Below, one piece after another: positions 56,165 to 64,000 of a stretch of 64,000 bases of DNA. Below the pieces are notes generated by a model that saw only the letters and a program-made list of their open reading frames with translations, was not told the origin of the DNA and searched no databases. The stretch lies in contig OZ024751.1 in the NCBI GenBank assembly GCA_964016885.1, positions 22,692,001 through 22,756,000 of the forward strand. The letters run 5' to 3'. The DNA is from Eledone cirrhosa. Taxonomy: Eukaryota. The first letter of the stretch is position 1. Every line of letters starts with the position of its first letter. A program made the position numbers and the translations under genes.

Positions 56165-56489
56165 CTTGCATACATATACATACATATATATATATATACT
56201 TGCATACATATACATACATATATATATATATACTTGCATACATATACATACATATATATACATATATATATATATACATACATATATTTATATACATACA
56301 TACATACATGCATACATACATACAGTAAAAAATATGTAAAACACTCCAAAAATTCTGCATCTAATAACTGCATATACACATGCACAGTTACATATCTACC
56401 TAGTTGATGTTTTGTAAATTCCACTGAGAGAGTCTTGTGTCTATGTTAGAAACCGACTCTCTCTCTATTGGGAAAAATTTGTGAAATTA

Positions 56490-56585
<96 letters not shown>

Positions 56586-56655
56586 TTAAGGGTGAACAAG
56601 TTTGAGAAATGTTCAGGTTTAGAGTCAACGGAGGTCTAACAATATATATATATAT

Positions 56656-56740
56656 TGTCTGATGGACTATCCATTCCCGAGTCGGCCGCAATCAACACCA
56701 ATCGTACCTTGAGCTGACCGATGGCGAAACGCGCGTCACA
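56656..56740 (+). ncRNA. Hammerhead-like motif between (TA)n tracts
   Basis: TGT-CTGATGG-actatc...gatggc-GAAAC-GCGC-GTC-ACA, AATAAA at 56745-56750; core A9-to-G and an imperfect stem II. Confidence 0.6.
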
Positions 56741-56784
56741 TGTGAATAAACATAATGATGCTATATTGATACATCGTTCCTATT

Positions 56785-56832
<48 letters not shown>

Positions 56833-57550
56833 ATGCATCTACAATAATCTGGATGATGGAATGAACAAAATTTACCATAGAAACGGAATGTATTCAAACC
56901 ATTAAAAATGAAGGAAAGAAGGAAAGTAGAAAGAACGAAAGAAAGAAAAACAGAAGAACGAAAAGGTGAAAGAAAGATAGAAAGACCGAAAAAGCAAAAG
57001 AAAGGATTATAATATTCTATGTAAGTTCCACGAAAAAGGTCAACATAACAAACAGACAATACAACTGAAATCAGACATTTTTAGATTCATTTCAAAATAA
57101 AATGGATTGTATTGCAGTTATGGTTGTGGTTGTGATTATGGTCTGTTGTGGTTGTAGTTATGGTTCTGATTATGGTCTGTTGTTGTAGTTGTCGTTGTGG
57201 TCAGCTGATTAACAGAGACAAATGACAGGCCTAATGTGGCAGATAACATATTGAGTGGAAAACACAATAGCTGAACGTATAATATTTTATATAGGTGAAG
57301 TTTCGTTCCATTAGTAGTGGAACAGTAAAAATATAGAATATCATAATTGTGGTTTGTGGTTGTAGTTGGTGATTATCTGACTAACAAGGACTAATCATAG
57401 ATCTTGTGTTACAGAGATCATGTTTTGTGGAACACAACAGAAGCATGTAGCGCTATTTTATATAGCTTTATACATGAAATTACCTTCCATGGTTTGTGAA
57501 CAGTAAAATTTAGTTCATGTGATATTGAAAAAAAATGAAATTAAATTCAA

Positions 57551-58070
57551 AGCTCACACCTCTGTAGGTTTAGTAGATCTCCTTTGAGGTTGTATCCCAT
57601 ATGAGACCGGCTCACTTCCCTTTGGGGTTAGCTGGCCTCTTACGAGGTTTTAATCACATAGGGGTTTAGTCCACACTTCTATAGGTTTAGCTGGCCACCC
57701 ATAAAGTTGTATAATATAGGAGGCCAGTTAATACCTCTGTTGGTTTAGCTGGCCTCCTACGAGGTTGTAGCACACAGGAGGCAAGTTCACACCTCTGTTG
57801 GTTTAGCTGGCCTCCTACGAGGTTGTAGCACATATGAGACCAGCGCAAACGTCTGTAGGTTTAGCTGGCCTCCTACGAGGTTGTATCACATAGGGGACAA
57901 GCTCACACCTCCATAGGTTTAGCTGGCCTCCTACGAGGTTGTATCACATAGGGGACAAGCTCACACCTCCATAGGTTTAGCTGGCCTCCTACGAGGTTGT
58001 ATCACGTAGGAGACCAGGGCAAACCTCCGTGGGTTTAGTTGGCCACCTCCGAGGTTGTACCTTATAGAAG
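57551..58070. repeat. 58-bp minisatellite, ~9 units
   Basis: Unit gctcacacctccataggtttagctggcctcctacgaggttgtatcacataggggacaa. Confidence 0.92.
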
Positions 58071-58632
58071 GTATCCTTGGTGTTTTTAACAATAGAAGAC
58101 ACGTTCATATCATGAAAAGCAACGTAAAACGAAGAGTCTTGCTCAAGAACACGACGCACCACTCGATGCTGTGATCGAACTTACAAACTTCTGATCGTGA
58201 TTCCAACACATTACCTTAACCCATTAGGCCACGTGGCATTACAAAGATTCTTCTCCCAAAAAGATTCAAAAAATTCAAAATGGAAGCACATACAACACCG
58301 AGAGGGTGAAAAACAGAGAGCGTGTGTGTGTATATATGCATGTGTATATGTATGTGTATGGATATGTGTATATGTATGTGTATGTATATGTGTGTGTCAG
58401 GGTAAGTGGAAGGGATAAAGAGAGGAAGAGAGGGGCTGTAGTTACATTAATACAGAAACACTTGATGATGTCCAGAACTATAACGAACAACAACAACAAC
58501 AACAACAACAATAATATTAATAATGAAAGAAAGAAATCTGTTACCATGTTACTGACACGTTCTTTTATTCTTATGACTACTGAGCATAAATGAAATACAT
58601 CTCTCTCCATATATATTTGAGTATAAATATGT

Positions 58633-58728
<96 letters not shown>

Positions 58729-58917
58729 ATGTGTGTAGATGTATATACATGTATGCATATATATATGTGCTTACATGTATATGTGTGCGTGTGTGTGATT
58801 ACATACATGTGTGTTTATGAGTTTCTATATATGTACGAATATATATATATATATATGTGTGTGTGTGTATTTATGGACACATATCGATGCCTATATATAT
58901 ATATGTATATGTGTGTG

Positions 58918-58948
<31 letters not shown>

Positions 58949-58969
58949 ATATATATGTATATGTGTGTG

Positions 58970-59000
<31 letters not shown>

Positions 59001-59097
59001 ATATATATGTATATGTGTATATATATGTATATGTGTATATATAAATATATATATATATATGTGTATATGCGTATATGTATATATATATGTATATGCG

Positions 59098-59139
<42 letters not shown>

Positions 59140-59344
59140 CGATATATATACGTATATATAACATTTTACAGGCTATGATAGTTGCAGAGCTGTCATCTTG
59201 TCAAATGTTGAAAGAGAGCAAATATAGCCGTAAAAGTCTAAGGGGGCGCAACTCGCTAATTAGAGTAAAATCCGCCATAGTAAGCAGCATTTGTGATCCC
59301 TGACACAAGGTATGTGGGGATAAGTTTAGGGTAAAGATCAGAAG

Positions 59345-59900
59345 TGTAACAACATCAACATCAACATCAACATCAACATCGAGAAGAAGAGCAACTATAA
59401 CAACAAGAAATATCAAGAATAATAAAAACAACAACATGAAGAAAAACAACAACGAAATCAGCAACAACAACGACAACAACAATACCAAGAATAACAACAA
59501 CAACAACAACAATACCAAGAATAACAACAACAACAATACCAAGAATAACAACAACAACAATACCAAGAATAACAACAACAACAACAACAATACCAAGAAT
59601 AACACCAACAACAATACCAAGAATAACAACAACAACAATACCAAGAATAACAACAACAACAATACCAAGAATAACAACAACAACAATACCAAGAATAACA
59701 ACAACAATAATATCAAGATTAACAACAACAATAACAACAACCATAACAAGACTAACAATGGTATCGAGAACAATGATAACAACATGAGTAACAACAACAA
59801 CAACGACAACAACCACAGTACGAAGAATAGTATTAAAAAACACCAAAAACAACAACAAAATGAGTAAAACTAACAAGAACGACAACATCAACAACAACAC
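59345..59900. repeat. (AAC)n-based repeat with a 21-30-bp aataccaagaat(aac)n unit
   Basis: Direct reading. Confidence 0.9.
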
Positions 59901-60114
59901 CAATCAAAGCAAGAAAAGGGAGAATTTCAATGAAAAGCCTGAAGTGATATGTGGATATACATGCCATTGGTTGGTTGCTTCAAAATGGCAAGTAATCTAT
60001 CAGAGGCCATACATATATATATATACATATATATATATATATGTGTGTGTGTATGTATATATATATATATATATAATAAATACAATATCGGAGAAAGCTT
60101 TTTAGCGATATATA

Positions 60115-60192
<78 letters not shown>

Positions 60193-60247
60193 CAGCATAC
60201 ATTGATATTTTCTGTATTCTATACATATTTACAAGAAATGCGTTCCT

Positions 60248-60295
<48 letters not shown>

Positions 60296-60299
<4 letters not shown>

Positions 60300-60632
60300 C
60301 GAAACATAAGTCAATTGCATGAACTCATAATCCTTTATTTACTGCTATATATATTTCGATGATAGCCATTGAATGGCTATGAACTCATCAGGCAGTTAGC
60401 CAGTTTTTAGATATGCCAGCTCTGTATTTATAATGTTGATGGTATCAGAGCCTTGGTACATATGAGCTTGTTAGGAATAAATTAATGTTGTCAGCGGGAG
60501 TAATCTTGATTCTCATTGGTCAATTTGTAGATGGTAGTAGGGTTGGTATTTGACCTCAAAGAGGCAGGTGGTGTTGTAAAGTTCAAACCGTCAGGCAAGA
60601 TGACAATAGTTCCATATGACTGATTTTCGCAA
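60296..60632 (-). mobile_element. Probable Penelope-like element 3' end (ORF end, HHR, tail)
   Basis: LPDGLN at ~60598-60581 resembles the P.GLN terminus of PLE GIY-YIG domains, ~190 bp upstream of the HHR on the same strand; bounded by (TA)n. Confidence 0.55.
60341..60395 (-). ncRNA. Type I minimal hammerhead ribozyme motif, near-intact
   Basis: Minus: ACTGC-CTGATGA-gttcATAGCCAT-tca-ATGGCTATcatc-GAAA-T-ATAT-A-TA-GCAGT-aAATAAA; short tail then (TA)n. Confidence 0.8.
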
Positions 60633-60643
60633 AATATATATAA

Positions 60644-60675
<32 letters not shown>

Positions 60676-60902
60676 AAATATATATATATATAATCACATA
60701 TATTTTTATTTGTTTGACCCGAATTACTTGGTCGTTTTTGTGGTTGTGCGGATGATCGTTTAACCATCGTTTCAGTGTGTTTGGCCTTTAACGTATGTTG
60801 TAGATCTGGTTCGTCAGAATCATTGAGCGCTTGCCACACATCTCGGAAGTTGTTTTTCGCTAATTTCTAAGCCGAAATACGATTCTCGCTAATTTATATT
60901 TG

Positions 60903-60933
<31 letters not shown>

Positions 60934-60957
60934 GTGTGTGCGTGTGTGTGTATGTAT

Positions 60958-61022
<65 letters not shown>

Positions 61023-61104
61023 AACACATTCATACATATTTACATAATATATATATTATATATACAAACATATTTATGTTTATATACACAATATCTATAT
61101 ATAT

Positions 61105-61185
<81 letters not shown>

Positions 61186-61521
61186 TGTGTGCGACCTCTT
61201 AAAAATTCATGTCAGAAATGGCTAGATGCTATGAAATACTGGCAGCCTGTAGATCCCACTACAATCAACAACCATTAAGTATGTTCAGTCAGGTCTTGAC
61301 ATAAATACCATCTAATATTCAACTAGACCTCTCCCCCCCCCTCTCTCTCTCCCACTATTTTTATCTCTACTTTCTCTCAATGACTCTCCACCTTGCTCAC
61401 TCTATCTTGTTCAGTATATATACACATTTATCGTACTATCTCCTCTTTCTCACTCTCTTTCTGGATGTGTGTCTGTGTGTGTGTATGTATATATATACAT
61501 GTGTATACATATATATACATA

Positions 61522-61553
<32 letters not shown>

Positions 61554-61554
61554 A

Positions 61555-61720
61555 GCTATTCCCGGTTGAATCGGAGGTAACCACAGTAAGTAAGGTAGTC
61601 AATACATAGCAGAGTATAACAGTTGTAATATAGAAGAGCTACAGGACTAGAACTGTTTCATTCGTGAGAAATCATCAGGGAGCTCCCTGTTCTAGTCAGT
61701 TCTAGTCCTGTAGAAGCTCT

Positions 61721-61723
<3 letters not shown>
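61555..61723 (-). mobile_element. Family H2 HHR element with partial inverted arm
   Basis: Minus: CTGATGA-tttc-tcac-gaat-GAAACAG-ttctagtc-CTGTA; fold-back at palindrome gggagctccc; (TA)n on both sides. Confidence 0.75.
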
Positions 61724-61772
<49 letters not shown>

Positions 61773-61845
61773 TGTGTGTGTTCAAATCATAATTTCAAAA
61801 CGTGGGAAACGCAAGGAAAATAAGTTTAATATATATATAGATATT

Positions 61846-61895
<50 letters not shown>

Positions 61896-62022
61896 TGTGC
61901 GTGTGACTGACCTTCTCTATCCCTCTCTCTCTCTCTTTCTTTATCTATCTGTCTGTCTGAGAGTACGTACATATACATAAGACCAGAGAACTAACAACCA
62001 TTTCAAAGTGCCATACACACAC

Positions 62023-62058
<36 letters not shown>

Positions 62059-62061
62059 AAT

Positions 62062-62106
<45 letters not shown>

Positions 62107-62518
62107 CATTGCTATAAATAGCAGTTAAATGTCCCTCATACTACATTAAACATTCATACAAATGACCACATCCAGTTATTTGGTGAGGATCTCCCTTCAG
62201 ATAGAGAAAAATCAGGATGGTTACGGTTGGAAAGCACTGGAGACCAGACATGCTCAACCACGACCGACTTGCAGTTAACATACACTCTCACACACACACA
62301 CAAGCACTCATACATACATGTGTGTGTCAGTGTGTGTATATCTGTGTGTGTGTGTGTGTGTGTGCGTGTACAGAGACACGTTTGGTCCAACTGCGAATGT
62401 GCCAAGATATTTGTACACGTGCCAATTCTCATTCGCTTCTTCCCGCTTCCTCTTCTTTCTATACACAAACACAAAGATAAACATACACATATACATGCAG
62501 GGATACACATGCACACAT

Positions 62519-62582
<64 letters not shown>

Positions 62583-62611
62583 CCATGCACACAAACACAT
62601 ACACACACACC

Positions 62612-62646
<35 letters not shown>

Positions 62647-63095
62647 CACGGATACACATACACGCATATACACACACACACATATATATACATACATATA
62701 CCAACCCACATATTTTATATATATATAATATTATAAATATATATTGTAAAGATATATACGCACGGGCACACAGACACATACATACATAAAAACATACATA
62801 CTTATACATACACACAAACACTATGAAAGACATTGAAGAATCAAGGGAAAATAGGACACTACAAAAATAAAAATAAAGAATAATAATAAAAAATAAAATG
62901 AAATAAAAAGAAATAAAAAGAAATAAAAAGAAATAAAAAGGAATAAAAAGGAATTCGGGATCGAAGAGAAGAGAAGTGATTTATGCAAAGACTACGACTG
63001 TGAAATTGGTTTAGGAAGAGGTATTACGGAAACGTGCTTTCCAGAAGGACGAGAAAACTCCCAGAAGTATTCACTATGATTTAAGCTATATAAAG

Positions 63096-63216
<121 letters not shown>

Positions 63217-63380
63217 TTCGTGTGGGTGGGTGTATGAATGTATGTACGTATGTATATATATATATATAGAGAGAGAGAGAGCGGTAGAACACTGGAAGGT
63301 AATATCCGTAATGGGAGAGCACTCAGTCCATTGGACGAGTTTGGTAGAAGTAGTAACACAACAACAGTTAGTTCACCATA

Positions 63381-63421
63381 CCGAGAACAATTGTTTCACC
63401 TAATGCGGATCTTCAGCTCGG
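63381..63421 (-). ncRNA. Type I minimal hammerhead ribozyme motif
   Basis: Minus: CCGAG-CTGAAGA-tCC-gcatta-GGt-GAAAC-AATT-GTT-CTCGG: 5-bp stem I, palindromic loop 3, GUU cleavage triplet. Confidence 0.8.
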
Positions 63422-63482
63422 ACTCATTATATATATACATATATATATATATATATTATATATATATATTCATTTTATTATA

Positions 63483-63685
63483 GTATTATAGAAATTACTT
63501 CTACAGACCTAGAACTGTTTCATTCGTCAGAAATCATTAGGTAATTCCTGATGATTTCTTACGAATGAAACAGTTCTAGTCTCGTAGAAGTCATTTCTAT
63601 AATACAATTAATATACCTATTACTAACGTATTGAGTACCATTTTTTGACAGTGATCACCTGCCGATTTACATCGCAATCCTACAT
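63483..63685 (+). mobile_element. Family H2 fold-back element: hairpin 63483-63605 with HHR at 63545-63589, plus tail
   Basis: TTC-CTGATGA-tttc-ttac-gaat-GAAACAG..GTA-GAA; the left arm is its reverse complement and lacks the tail. Confidence 0.8.
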
Positions 63686-63762
63686 ATTAAATGTGCGTGT
63701 GTCTGTGAAAGACAAAAAAAAAAGTCAAAAATATTTACACAGGTATTTCTGTGTAAGCGCCA

Positions 63763-64000
63763 TTTGGCAGTACCGGTAGAGGGTCAGACGCCATGCTTTC
63801 TGGCATAGTTATGTCCCTTTATGATGTGAGTTCAAATTTTTACTTATTCCTAATTAAACTATTTTTCACTGGGAACAATTTGTCAGCATTTTCTTTTCCT
63901 TTTACCAATATATCATAACTCGTGTGTTACACCTCTATTCGGACGCCATGCTTTGACGCATAGAGTTACGGCCCTTGCCATTCTGAGTTCAAATCCCGCC
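63763..64000 (+). mobile_element. Two partial SINE A copies (second runs off the window)
   Basis: 63938-64000 appears identical to 46298-46360. Confidence 0.8.

Noticed and set aside
56848-56895. ctggatgatgg..ccatagaaac..gta
   Set aside because: Too degenerate; no convincing stem I.

Overview
Eukaryotic, very AT-rich, repeat-saturated non-coding DNA (intergenic or intronic). The SINE repertoire and microsatellite load suggest an octopus genome; this is recognition only, not a search result. No intact protein-coding gene is supported, and nearly all ORFs in the track are translations of micro- or minisatellites. Contents: many (TA)n, (CA)n, (GA)n and triplet tracts; more than 25 copies of one tRNA-derived SINE, with a young subfamily carrying clear target-site duplications (TSDs); at least three other SINE-like families; a ~200-bp mariner-type MITE (4 copies); two RTE-clade LINE 3' ends; and several tandem arrays grown from SINE parts, including a 2-kb 45-bp array inside one TSD-bounded SINE. 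The main hidden signal is a set of about a dozen minimal hammerhead-ribozyme (HHR) motifs in short islands of mostly unrelated sequence between (TA)n tracts. Many form fold-back hairpins whose axis falls in or beside the ribozyme, and the inverted arm lacks the 3' tail. This matches Penelope-like element (PLE) pseudo-LTRs and suggests a diverse population of short, (TA)n-targeting, ribozyme-bearing retroelements. Coordinates were read by eye and degenerate boundaries are approximate.
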